Assembly: GCA_050010555.1 (NCBI GenBank)
Contig: JBEKKV010000005.1
Span: 4,695 to 68,694 of the forward strand
DNA: 64,000 bases
Origin: Dehalococcoidia bacterium
GTDB lineage: Bacteria > Chloroflexota > Dehalococcoidia > DSTF01 > JALHUB01
Reading direction: 5' to 3'
The notes beneath the pieces are model-generated. The model saw only the letters and a program-made list of their open reading frames with translations, ran no database searches and was not told the DNA's origin. Position 1 is the first letter of the stretch, and each line of letters opens with the position of its first letter. Made by a program: the position numbers and the translations under genes. Positions 52,325-62,502 of this stretch are shown here, piece after piece.

Positions 52325-53329
52325 CTACCGCAACACCACGTAAAGGATGAACGCCAGGTAGAAAACGCCTGCCCGCGCCAGCGTGCCGGGTCCCAGGTGG
52401 CCGCGTCGCGTTATCGACAGGAAGACAAGCGCCGTCGACAGGAGCGCGATCACCGCCGAGACCAGCGCCGGCTGCGTCAGCTCCCACGGCGTGAAGATGA
52501 GTCCCACGGAGACAGGAATGCAACTCTGGAAGACCATGGCGCCGCTGATGTTGCCCATCGCCAGCGTGTCCTTGCGCTGTCGCACCCAGAGGACGCTGTT
52601 GAACTTCTCCGGCAGCTCCGTCGCCAGGGGCGAGAGGATGAGCGCGAGGATGAGGGCCGGGACGTCGAGGTGAGTCGCCACGGTGCCGATGGCCGACACG
52701 AACAGCCGCGCGCCGCCGATCATCACCGCCAGCGCGCCGAAGAACTGGAGCACGCTCAGGAGCAGCGAGGCTTTCTCCGTCGGATAGCGGACGGCCCGCT
52801 CCAGGTAGAGACGCTCCGGGATCTCGACGGTCGCACCGCCGCGGGTCACGGTCCGGTAGACGTAGAAGGCGTAGAAGAGGAGCAGCAGGACGGCGAACCC
52901 GACCTTCAGGCCGTGGTTTGGCAGGAAGCTCGAAAGCACAACCAGAGCGTAGACGACGATGAAGTAGCCCATGTCGCGACGAAGGATGTTGGAGTTGACC
53001 CGCATCTCTCGCGGACGGCGGCCGCTGCGCGCGAACGATAGGACGGCGGCGCCGGTGACGAAGAAGGCTGCCGTTGACAGCATGAACGGCGCGCCGAGGA
53101 TGGCGCCGATACCGATGTCGTCGGCGGTCGCGCCGGTACTGAAGAGGATGGCGATAAGCGGGATGAGCGTCTCCGGCATGGCCGTGCCGACGGCCGCCAG
53201 CACGCTGCCGACGGCGCCCTCGTTCAGGCGCAGGTGAAGACCGATCCACTCGACGGCGTTGATGAACAGCTCGGCAGCGACGAGGATGGCGGCAAAGCTG
53301 AAGAGGAGAAAGACAAGCGCTATCGCCAT
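52325..53329 (-). CDS. CaCA-family cation/Ca2+ exchanger (YrbG-like)
   Basis: 334 aa, about 10 TM, with two alpha-repeat regions containing GTAMPE and GNISGAMVFQ (G(S/N)SxPE-type motifs). Confidence 0.7.
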   Translation of the reverse strand: MAIALVFLLFSFAAILVAAELFINAVEWIGLHLRLNEGAVGSVLAAVGTAMPETLIPLIAILFSTGATADDIGIGAILGAPFMLSTAAFFVTGAAVLSFARSGRRPREMRVNSNILRRDMGYFIVVYALVVLSSFLPNHGLKVGFAVLLLLFYAFYVYRTVTRGGATVEIPERLYLERAVRYPTEKASLLLSVLQFFGALAVMIGGARLFVSAIGTVATHLDVPALILALILSPLATELPEKFNSVLWVRQRKDTLAMGNISGAMVFQSCIPVSVGLIFTPWELTQPALVSAVIALLSTALVFLSITRRGHLGPGTLARAGVFYLAFILYVVLR

Positions 53330-53482
53330 TCGCTTCCTCGTCGCGCGACCGGCTGAAGTAGCATCCTGCTCACCCGTCGGAGTATAGCACCAGGGACATC
53401 CTCGTCGAAAAGGCTGCGAGCGCAGATTGACTGTCCTTCGCTTCTCTCAATACACTGAAGTTACCAGGCCCGGGAGAGGACC

Positions 53483-55137
<1,655 letters not shown>

Positions 55138-55138
<1 letters not shown>

Positions 55139-55539
55139 TGATCAAGGGAATCGCGCACGTCGGGATCGCCGTCCGCACCCTGGAAAAGGGCATCGCGTTC
55201 TATCGCGACGTCCTGGGCCTGCCGCTGGTCAAAGTCGAAGAGCTGGCGGCGGAGAAGGCCCGCGCGGCGCTCTTTCAGCTTGGCGACACGCAGATCGAGC
55301 TGCTGGAACCGCTGTCGCCGGAGACGGCGCTGGCCCGCTTCATCGAGCAGCGCGGCGAGGGGCTGCACCACGTCGCGCTGGAGACGGACGACGCCGCGGC
55401 CGAGATGTCGCTGGTGCGGGAGCGCGGCGTCGAGCTTCGGGCCGACGCCCCGACGCGCGGGCTGAGCGGCATGGTCTTCTTCCTGCCGCCGCGTCAGATG
55501 CACGGCGCGCTGGTCGAGATTGAGGAGCCGCGGGAATGA
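55138..55539 (+). CDS. Methylmalonyl-CoA epimerase (VOC/glyoxalase family)
   Basis: MIKGIAHVGIAVRTLEKGIAFYRDVLGL...GEGLHHVALETDD. TGATG coupling to the mutase gene. The track's 54139 start is a spurious upstream extension. Confidence 0.75.
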
Positions 55540-55862
55540 CAGGCGAAGCGCATCTGGAGCGAATCGTCCTCAGCGTCGCGGAGCCGGCGGAAGCAGTTGC
55601 GACCTGGCAACGAACGCTGGCACTGCCGGCGGAAGGCGACGCCGTGCGGGCCGGGAGCACGCTGCTGGAGATGCGACGCGTCGACGCCGGAGAGCGCGAG
55701 GGGCTGGCGTCGCTGGTCATCGAGGTCGACGGCCTGGAAGCGACGTTGCGCCGTCTGCGGTCGAACGGGTTCGCGGTTGCGACGTCTCCTTCCGTTAGGC
55801 TCGACCCGGCGTGGACCTGCGGCGTCGAAATTACGCTCGTCCAGCGCAGCGGCGAGAGGTAG
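55536..55862 (+). CDS. Small VOC-like hypothetical protein
   Basis: 108 aa. LERIVLSVAEPAEAVATWQRTLAL resembles a glyoxalase half-domain. ATGA overlap with the epimerase gene. Confidence 0.35.
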   Translation: MTGEAHLERIVLSVAEPAEAVATWQRTLALPAEGDAVRAGSTLLEMRRVDAGEREGLASLVIEVDGLEATLRRLRSNGFAVATSPSVRLDPAWTCGVEITLVQRSGER

Positions 55863-55865
55863 GGC

Positions 55866-56273
55866 ATGAGAGAAGAGAAGATACGCGTCCTCATCGCCAA
55901 GCCGGGCCTCGACGGCCACGACCGCGGCGCCAAGGTGGTCGCGCGGGCCCTCCGGGACGCCGGCATGGAGGTCATCTACACCGGCATCCGCCAAACGCCG
56001 GAGATGATTGCGGAGGCCGCGCTGCAGGAAGACGTCCACGTCGTCGGGCTGTCGGCGCTGTCCGGCGCGCACATCGAGCTGTTCCCCCGCGTCGTTGCGG
56101 AGCTGCGGGCGCGCGGCGTCGACGACGTGCTGCTAATAGCGGGCGGCATCATCCCAACCGAAGATGTGCCGGCGCTCAAGGCGCTGGGCTTCGGCGCAAT
56201 CTTCCCGCCCGGCGCCGACACTCGCGACATCATTCGCTTCGTCCAGGAGAACGCCTTTGCCCGCCGGGCCTAG
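55866..56273 (+). CDS. Methylmalonyl-CoA mutase B12-binding subunit (C-terminal domain as a separate polypeptide)
   Basis: [35 protein letters not shown] contains the cobalamin-binding D-x-H-x-x-G motif. Confidence 0.8.
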   Translation: MREEKIRVLIAKPGLDGHDRGAKVVARALRDAGMEVIYTGIRQTPEMIAEAALQEDVHVVGLSALSGAHIELFPRVVAELRARGVDDVLLIAGGIIPTEDVPALKALGFGAIFPPGADTRDIIRFVQENAFARRA

Positions 56274-57219
56274 CGCGGAAGGCGGCGTAGAGGAGATAGT
56301 GCGACGCCTTCTCGCCGGCGACCGGCGGGCGCTGGCGCGGGTCATCTCCTGGATAGAGGACTGCGCCGACGAGGGCGCGCAGGCGTCCTGTCTGCTTTAC
56401 GGACACGGCGGCCGGGCGCACACCGTCGGCGTGACCGGCGCGCCGGGCTCCGGCAAGAGCACGCTCGTTTGCGCGATGACGCAGGAGCTGCGACGGCGCG
56501 GCCGGACCGTGGGCATCGTCGCCGTCGACCCCTCGAGCGCTTTCACCCACGGCGCCCTTCTCGGCGACCGCATCCGGATGCAGGAGCTGACAGCTGACGA
56601 GGGCGTTTTCCTGCGCAGCATGGCCTCGCGCGGACAGCTCGGCGGGCTCGCGCCGAAGACGGCGGAGGTGATGGCGGCGCTCGATGCGGCGGGGAAGGAC
56701 GTCGTCATCGTCGAGACGCTTGGCGCCGGCCAGGACGAGGTCGACGTCGCCGGCGCGGCCCAAACGACCATCGTCCTGAACGTGCCGGGCAGCGGCGACG
56801 ACGTGCAGGCGATGAAGGCCGGGCTCCTCGAAGCGGCGGACATCCTCGTCGTGAACAAGGCCGACACGCCGAACGCAAGCCGCGTTGCCGAGCAGTTGCA
56901 CGCGGCGCTGTGCCTGTCGCCGGTCCAGTGCGACGTGCCGGTGCTGCTGACGGTGGCCACGACCGGCGAGGGCGTAAGCGCGCTCGTCGACGCCGTCGAA
57001 GCGCACGGGCGGCTGCTCGCGGAATCCGGCGCTCTGGAGCGCCAGCGAGTCGACCAGGCGCGCCGGCAAGTGACGGCGGCGTTACGCGACCTCCTCTTCG
57101 ACTCCGCCCTCTCCGACGAATCGGCCCGTGCCCGGCTGGACGAGGCCGTCCGCGCCGTCGCCGCCCGCGAGCTCGACCCGCGGAGCGCCGCCCGCAAGCT
57201 CGCCTACGAGCAACCCTAG
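56257..57219 (+). CDS. meaB: Methylmalonyl-CoA mutase-associated G-protein chaperone MeaB/ArgK
   Basis: P-loop [28 protein letters not shown], and the NK motif VVNKAD. Start assigned to TTG 56257 (RBS AGGAGA 6 nt upstream), overlapping the B12 subunit end by 17 nt. GTG 56299 is the alternative. Confidence 0.75.
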   Translation: MPAGPSAEGGVEEIVRRLLAGDRRALARVISWIEDCADEGAQASCLLYGHGGRAHTVGVTGAPGSGKSTLVCAMTQELRRRGRTVGIVAVDPSSAFTHGALLGDRIRMQELTADEGVFLRSMASRGQLGGLAPKTAEVMAALDAAGKDVVIVETLGAGQDEVDVAGAAQTTIVLNVPGSGDDVQAMKAGLLEAADILVVNKADTPNASRVAEQLHAALCLSPVQCDVPVLLTVATTGEGVSALVDAVEAHGRLLAESGALERQRVDQARRQVTAALRDLLFDSALSDESARARLDEAVRAVAARELDPRSAARKLAYEQP

Positions 57220-57352
57220 GCCCGCCGCCTCCCGCGCACCAGCGACACCCCGACGCCGAACGGTTGTTATCCAGATGTCGACGCGATACGATACCGGAAC
57301 CGGGGGAGCAGCGACACAACCGCCATTTGAGAATTGCCATTAGGGAGGTAAG

Positions 57353-57583
57353 TTGGACTTGACGGTACCTTCGGCACAGAGATTCAAACGATCTGCTTTA
57401 AGATTGGCGCTTACTGCGGGCATAAGCCTGCCGGCGCTGATGATTTATCATGTGGTTATTGGTGGAGCCAGTCCCCGGGACGTGATTTTTGTTTGGGCGG
57501 TATTCTTCGGAGGGAGTTTCATCGTGGGGTCAGGCTTCTTCCTTGCGTGGCGGATGTGGGCGCAACAGCGCAACCGCTCGTGA
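57353..57583 (+). CDS. Small 2-TM membrane protein (family A)
   Basis: 76 aa. GGGAGG RBS, then TTG. Core LPALMIYHVVIGGASPRDVIFVWAVFFGGSFIVGSGFFLAWRMW is shared with the 58855 gene. Confidence 0.4.
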   Translation: MDLTVPSAQRFKRSALRLALTAGISLPALMIYHVVIGGASPRDVIFVWAVFFGGSFIVGSGFFLAWRMWAQQRNRS

Positions 57584-57620
57584 CAGCAACAACCTTGGCA
57601 TCCTCCTACCCACTCCTCGT

Positions 57621-57684
57621 CCCGCGAGCGCCATCTGCCCCTTACATTTCGCCGCTCGCCGTGCTCTAATAGACGCATGACCAT
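57621..57684. repeat. R2 repeat copy a (~64 nt)
   Basis: CCCGCGAGCGCCATCTGCCCCTTACATTTCGCCGCTCGCCGTGCTCTAATAGACGCATGACCA is about 85% identical to 59426..59488. It sits after family-A gene copy 1. Confidence 0.6.
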
Positions 57685-57782
57685 CCAGACCAGCCGGAGG
57701 CCACATGAGGTATCTGAATGGCCTTCACCCTGATCACACGATAGACATTAGGCCTGAGCACTCTTGAGGTTCGGACATTATC

Positions 57783-58052
57783 ATGGACCTGTTGTTTGAC
57801 AGGGTTTTCCTGATCATGGTCTTGCTTGCCATGGTGAATCTGTTGTCGACCGGCTTCGCTGCCCTTTGGATATACAGCTGGATCAATGGATCCCAAATGG
57901 GGCATTCGGCAGCGGTCATACTCACTGCCCTTGCGATCATTCCTCTCATGTGGGGCGGGTGCCTGCTGTTCGACGTGCTTTGGGTCGCCTGGTGGTTCGT
58001 AAAAAGAGCATGGTCGCTTTCGAATAGGCTTCGGCACGGAGCGGCGGCATAG
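57783..58052 (+). CDS. Hypothetical small membrane protein
   Basis: 89 aa, 2-3 TM, Trp-rich. Low-GC island. Confidence 0.3.
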   Translation: MDLLFDRVFLIMVLLAMVNLLSTGFAALWIYSWINGSQMGHSAAVILTALAIIPLMWGGCLLFDVLWVAWWFVKRAWSLSNRLRHGAAA

Positions 58053-58087
58053 ACCCTGCTCTTCAAGGAAATGACAACCAACTCACC

Positions 58088-58145
58088 AAGCACGTCATCT
58101 CGGGCGGTGGTACAATAGCGTGCAGATCGCTTGCGGACCAAGGAC
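58088..58145. repeat. R1 repeat copy a (promoter-like, extended -10 TGGTACAAT)
   Basis: AAGCACGTCATCTCGGGCGGTGGTACAATAGCGTGCAGATCGCTTGCGGAC(C/T)AAGGA is identical over 51 nt to 58812..58869. It contains TGGTACAAT (a TGn-extended -10) about 38 nt before the lipoprotein ATG. Confidence 0.55.
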
Positions 58146-58153
58146 CACTCCCC

Positions 58154-58774
58154 ATGCTTCAGGTGATCAGGGCGATTATTCTGATTTCCGCTCTCGCCAT
58201 GGCAGCCAGTTGCGGTTCCCGCGGTCAGGCAAACGCGCCGAATTGGTCCAGTCTGATTGCCGCGTCCGGCAAGTCTGGCCTCGCTGCGGCCGGACCTAGC
58301 GCCACGCGGGTGACCAGCGTGGAAGATATGGAGCGAGTGGGCAGCTTCCGATTTGTCTTCCCCTCCTACCTCCCTCCCGGTATGGGCGAGGTGCAGCTTG
58401 ACGCGTCTGCCGACACGGGGGGGTTATCGGGGGGACCCTTGCGTTGGGAGCAGGTCGCGATCACACCCCCTCCAAGGAACGATTCTCCGATTATAAGCAT
58501 CAGGGAGGAGGATCTCACCACGTGCAGTTCTCCGCCCTGTTTTGACGGCCGAGAGATCTATCTTAACGCGTCAAACGAAACGATCGACAATACTAAGATT
58601 CATTGTGATACGGACTCATTCTTGTCCCAGTTGGAATGCTATTGGAAGACGGAGGACAAATGGTTCCATGTCACGTTCACGTGGGGCGGAAACGAGCCAA
58701 CCCCCACCGCTGATGCTCGGGAGCAGGCGATGAAGGTTGTGGAATCGATGATATCGGCACCTACTCATCCTTGA
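58154..58774 (+). CDS. Hypothetical lipoprotein
   Basis: Lipobox LAMAASC. 206 aa with several Cys pairs. No recognisable domain. Confidence 0.45.
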   Translation: MLQVIRAIILISALAMAASCGSRGQANAPNWSSLIAASGKSGLAAAGPSATRVTSVEDMERVGSFRFVFPSYLPPGMGEVQLDASADTGGLSGGPLRWEQVAITPPPRNDSPIISIREEDLTTCSSPPCFDGREIYLNASNETIDNTKIHCDTDSFLSQLECYWKTEDKWFHVTFTWGGNEPTPTADAREQAMKVVESMISAPTHP

Positions 58775-58811
58775 CCCCTGACCGATCGGACTGCCAGAGG
58801 GCGAACCGGTC

Positions 58812-58869
58812 AAGCACGTCATCTCGGGCGGTGGTACAATAGCGTGCAGATCGCTTGCGGACTAAGGAT
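58812..58869. repeat. R1 repeat copy b
   Basis: Exact copy of the 58088..58138 core. The TTG start of the downstream family-A paralog lies inside it. Confidence 0.55.
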
Positions 58870-59340
58870 CGCGTCATTTCGCCTGGACAGAGATTCAAAC
58901 GAATTATCCTAGCATGGGGGCTTGTCGCTGGCCTAAGCCTCCCCGCCCTGATGATTTATCATGTGGGTATTGGTGGGGCCAACCCCTGGCACGTGATCAT
59001 TGCCTGGGCAATCTTTTTCGGATGGGGCCTTATCGCGGGGTCAGGCTTCTTCGTATGGTGGATGCGAACACAGCGGCGCAACCCTCATGACGGCAGAAAC
59101 CCTGGCGTCCCGCGAACGAGTTTAGGAGTTCACGCTGAGACCGTCCAACGCTCTCCGGAGCCCAGGCGCACAGCGATGGTGCTGGCCATGTCCCTAGTCC
59201 TCATCTTTTCGGTGTACATGCTCGTCAAGGATTCCAGCCCGCTCTGGACAGCCGTGTGGACGATCTGGTCCGTCGTGCTGACGATCGCCGTGATAGTCGG
59301 TGTCAGGATCCTCTTGCGCCCACCGGATAGGCGAAGCTAA
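58855..59340 (+). CDS. Family-A paralog with a C-terminal 2-TM extension (161 aa)
   Basis: Nucleotide-level homology to gene 57353 begins at CAGAGATTCAAACGA (QRFKR...LPALMIYHVGIGGANPWHVIIAWAIFFGWGLIAGSGFF). Start uncertain (TTG 58855 inside R1b, or the internal ATG of MIYHV). Confidence 0.4.
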   Translation: MRTKDRVISPGQRFKRIILAWGLVAGLSLPALMIYHVGIGGANPWHVIIAWAIFFGWGLIAGSGFFVWWMRTQRRNPHDGRNPGVPRTSLGVHAETVQRSPEPRRTAMVLAMSLVLIFSVYMLVKDSSPLWTAVWTIWSVVLTIAVIVGVRILLRPPDRRS

Positions 59341-59425
59341 CTGCAAGGCCGCTTGGGAGCAGCGCCTTGGGCGCTGCGAGCCGTGCGCGTGGCAGAGGGC
59401 CGCCAGTTGCTTATCCTCTCTCTGC

Positions 59426-59488
59426 TCCGCGAGTGCCACCTGGCCCTTACATTCCGCCGCTCGCCGTGCTCTAATAGACACGTGACCA
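59426..59488. repeat. R2 repeat copy b
   Basis: TCCGCGAGTGCCACCTGGCCCTTACATTCCGCCGCTCGCCGTGCTCTAATAGACACGTGACCA, a direct repeat of 57621..57684. Confidence 0.6.
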
Positions 59489-59618
59489 CGCCGGCCAACT
59501 GTCCACCCGCCAAAACCGCCCTCTCGACGGTCAATCCACCAAAACGCGCCTCTGCAGATTCACAGAAACGCAACTTTTTCCAAACAAATACAATCATAGC
59601 CTGCGGCGGCCCCACTCT

Positions 59619-59647
59619 TTGACAGGCCGCCCGGCAGTTGCTATGAT
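59619..59647 (+). promoter_or_regulatory. Promoter TTGACA-N17-TATGAT for the CNNM/HlyC gene
   Basis: TTGACA at 59619-24, 17-nt spacer, TATGAT at 59642-47. Preceded by an AT-rich UP-like tract (AACTTTTTCCAAACAAATACAATCA). Confidence 0.5.
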
Positions 59648-59694
59648 CCCTTCTGCCCGGTGCCCGTTCTCCGCTGGTGTGAAGAGGCGCCGAG

Positions 59695-60993
59695 TTGATC
59701 TTTATGGTTCCATCTCTTGCCACCGGGCTTGGGGCAAGCGGCCTCAGCACTCCCCTCGTAATCGTCATCCTCGTTGTTAGCGTTGCTCTGTATGCGCTCG
59801 TAAACAGCATCGAGATCGCCGTCGTCGCCGCCGATCGCATTCGTATTCGCCACCTGGCGGAGTCGGGCGACCGCCGGGCGCAGGCCATCGAGCGCATTCG
59901 CGCCAACCGCGACCGCTTCTTCGCCGGCATCGTGCTGCTCCAGAACCTGTTCGTGGTGCTCGCTGCGGCCATGGCCAGCGTCCTCTCCGTCGAGGCGATA
60001 GGCAATCTGGGCCTGGTCTTCGGAACGCTCATCACCACCCTGCTGCTGGCGCTTCTCGGCGAGTTCACGCCGAAGGTGCTGGCCGCACAGTCGAGCGAGG
60101 GCTACGCGCTGCTGGTCGCACGGCCGGTGGAAGCGCTTGTGCGCGTGGTGAATCCGCTCACGGCGGTCTTGGCCGCGATCCCGCGCGGCTTCCAGCGCCT
60201 GCTCTTCGGCGCCGCGCCGCGACCCACGCCGACGGTCACGGAGGCGGAGTTGCGCATGCTGATCGACATAGGCACGGTGGAGCGCGTCCTCGGCGAACAG
60301 ACCGGCGAGCTGCTGGAGAACGTCTTCCAGTTCCGGGACCGCCAGGTACAGGAGATAATGGTGCCCCGGACTGAAGTCATCTGGCTGGAGACGGACTCGA
60401 CGGTCGGCGACTTCTACCGCGTCTTCGATGAGACGGGGCACTCGCGCTACCCGGTCTATCGCGAGAGCGTCGACAACGTGGTCGGCGCCGTTGCGATAAA
60501 GGACGTCTTGCGAAGCGTGGCCCGCGGGGAGCTGAAGCCCGACAGCTCCATCGACGCCTGCATGCGGCCTACCTACTTCGTGCCGGAGACGAAGCCTGTC
60601 GGCGCGCTCTTCCGCGAGATGCAGACGCGGAACCAGCACATGGCAATCGTCGTCGACGAGTACGGCGGCACGGCCGGCATCGTAACCATCGAGCTGCTGC
60701 TGGAGGAGATGGTGGGCCCGGTAGCGGAAGAGCAAGCGGGCACGGCCAAGGAGTTTGAGCCTATCGACGAGCGTACGTCTTCGGTCGACGGCGGCATGAG
60801 CGTCTGGGACGCCAACGAGGAACTGGACCTCCAGATTCCGGAGGGCCGCTACGAGACGGTCGCCGGCTTCATCCTCGACCGGCTGGGCCACATCCCCCTC
60901 GAAGGCGAGCAGATAGAAGAAGACGGCTTTCGAATGGTCGTCGCGGAGGTGCGCGGCCGCAAGATCGAGCGCGTGCTGGTGACAAAGAAGTAA
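59695..60993 (+). CDS. CNNM/HlyC-family protein (DUF21 TM domain, CBS pair, CorC_HlyC)
   Basis: 432 aa. N-terminal 4-TM DUF21, a CBS pair (EIMVPRTEVIWLE ... HMAIVVDEYGGTAGIVTIEL), and a C-terminal transporter-associated domain. Confidence 0.8.
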   Translation: MIFMVPSLATGLGASGLSTPLVIVILVVSVALYALVNSIEIAVVAADRIRIRHLAESGDRRAQAIERIRANRDRFFAGIVLLQNLFVVLAAAMASVLSVEAIGNLGLVFGTLITTLLLALLGEFTPKVLAAQSSEGYALLVARPVEALVRVVNPLTAVLAAIPRGFQRLLFGAAPRPTPTVTEAELRMLIDIGTVERVLGEQTGELLENVFQFRDRQVQEIMVPRTEVIWLETDSTVGDFYRVFDETGHSRYPVYRESVDNVVGAVAIKDVLRSVARGELKPDSSIDACMRPTYFVPETKPVGALFREMQTRNQHMAIVVDEYGGTAGIVTIELLLEEMVGPVAEEQAGTAKEFEPIDERTSSVDGGMSVWDANEELDLQIPEGRYETVAGFILDRLGHIPLEGEQIEEDGFRMVVAEVRGRKIERVLVTKK

Positions 60994-60995
60994 CG

Positions 60996-61685
60996 ATGAA
61001 GATACAGCGTCTTCGCATTCGCTTTTCCCGCGGCGACGAGGTGAAGTACATCACCCATCTGGATCTGATGCGCCTCTGGGAGCGAGCGCTCAGGCGGGCG
61101 ACGGTAGAGGTCGCTTACTCCGAAGGTTTCACGCCCCATGCGCAGCTCTCGCTGGCGGCGCCGCTGGCCGTCGGCGTGACGAGCGCCGGCGAGCTCATCG
61201 ACGTGTTCCTGGCAACGCGCCTGACGCCGCTGGAGTTCATTCGAGAGGTCAGTTGCCAGTTGCCAACGGGAATCGAGCTGCTCGACGTGCAGGAGGTTGG
61301 GCTGCGCGGCCCGTCGCTGCAGTCGGAGTTGCGCGCCGCCGAGTACGAAGCGTCGCTGCCGGCGTCGCTGGCGGAAGAGGACGCGCGCGCGGCCGTCGAG
61401 CGCTTCCTGGCGGCGGAGTGCCTCCCCTGGGAGCAAATGCGCGACAAGGAAGTCCGGCGCTACGACATTCGGGCGCTGGTGCAGGAGGTGTGGCTGGAGC
61501 GGCCGAACGGCTCGCCTGTCGTCGCCATGCGACTTCGCGCCGATAGCGGCGGAGCGGGGCGTCCGGAGCAAGTGATAGCCGCGATGGGTCTGCCCGAGCC
61601 GACACGGCTGCACCGGCGCAAGCTGCTGCTGGCGGAGACGTCGCCGGCGCACGAGGCCTGGCGGCGGCACGGAAGGTTTGTTTAG
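60996..61685 (+). CDS. DUF2344 (TIGR03936 'radical SAM-linked') protein
   Basis: MKIQRLRIRFSRGDEVKYITHLDLMRLWERALRRA matches the family N-terminus (R-x-RF-x-K...R(F/Y)ISHLDL). Confidence 0.6.
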   Translation: MKIQRLRIRFSRGDEVKYITHLDLMRLWERALRRATVEVAYSEGFTPHAQLSLAAPLAVGVTSAGELIDVFLATRLTPLEFIREVSCQLPTGIELLDVQEVGLRGPSLQSELRAAEYEASLPASLAEEDARAAVERFLAAECLPWEQMRDKEVRRYDIRALVQEVWLERPNGSPVVAMRLRADSGGAGRPEQVIAAMGLPEPTRLHRRKLLLAETSPAHEAWRRHGRFV

Positions 61686-61691
61686 ACATCG

Positions 61692-62351
61692 ATGAAGCTG
61701 ATCCTGGTCAGACACGGCGAAACGGCGAGCAATCGCGACGGGCTCGGTCTCGGGCGGCAGGACGTGCCGCTCACGGAGAAGGGCCGCTTGCAGGCGCAGG
61801 CCCTGGCCGAGGCGCTGGCCAGCGAGGATATCGCGGCGGTGTACTCCAGCCCGCTGCGTCGTGCCTACGAGACGGCGGCAGCGATTGCGGCGCCTCACGG
61901 CCTGGACGTCATCACGGACGAAGGGCTGACGGAGATGGACGTGGGCGACCTGGACGGCCTGACGTTCCGCGAGATGCGGGAACGCCATCCGGACTTCGTC
62001 TCGCGCTGGCTGGGCGACGAGGCGGGAACAGCGGCGATGCCGGGCGGCGGCGAAAGCCTCCAGGACGTGCAGTCGCGCGCTGCGCAGGCGGCACGGCGCA
62101 TCTGCGAGCGCCACGAAGGCGGGACCGTCGTTGCGGTGACGCACAACTTCGTGATCCACGCCCTGCTTTGCGAAGCGCTCAACATGGCGATATGCGATTT
62201 CCGCCGCCTGCGTCACGACCTGGCCGCGACGAGTCTGTTGGACGTACGCGGTGGCCGCATGGTCGTCGTCCACATGAACGACACCTGCCACCTTGAAGCG
62301 CGCGGCCTGGCGGATGCCCACGATTGGCCGGTCTCCCGCGCCGAGCGGTAG
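61692..62351 (+). CDS. Histidine phosphatase family protein (phosphoglycerate mutase-like)
   Basis: LILVRHGETASN (RHGE catalytic motif), a second His in VVAVTHNFVIHAL. Confidence 0.75.
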   Translation: MKLILVRHGETASNRDGLGLGRQDVPLTEKGRLQAQALAEALASEDIAAVYSSPLRRAYETAAAIAAPHGLDVITDEGLTEMDVGDLDGLTFREMRERHPDFVSRWLGDEAGTAAMPGGGESLQDVQSRAAQAARRICERHEGGTVVAVTHNFVIHALLCEALNMAICDFRRLRHDLAATSLLDVRGGRMVVVHMNDTCHLEARGLADAHDWPVSRAER

Positions 62352-62502
62352 AGCGAGCGCTGCCCGCCAGAGTTTGCCTTTCCGTACGTAACCCCCTGTG
62401 CTACAATGGGCCAAACAAGGCGGGCTCCGCGAGGTCTCTCATTCTGCAATGGATGTGGGCAATCGCGTTGTCCTGCTGCGGAATCGAGGAGGCCTTAGCG
62501 TC

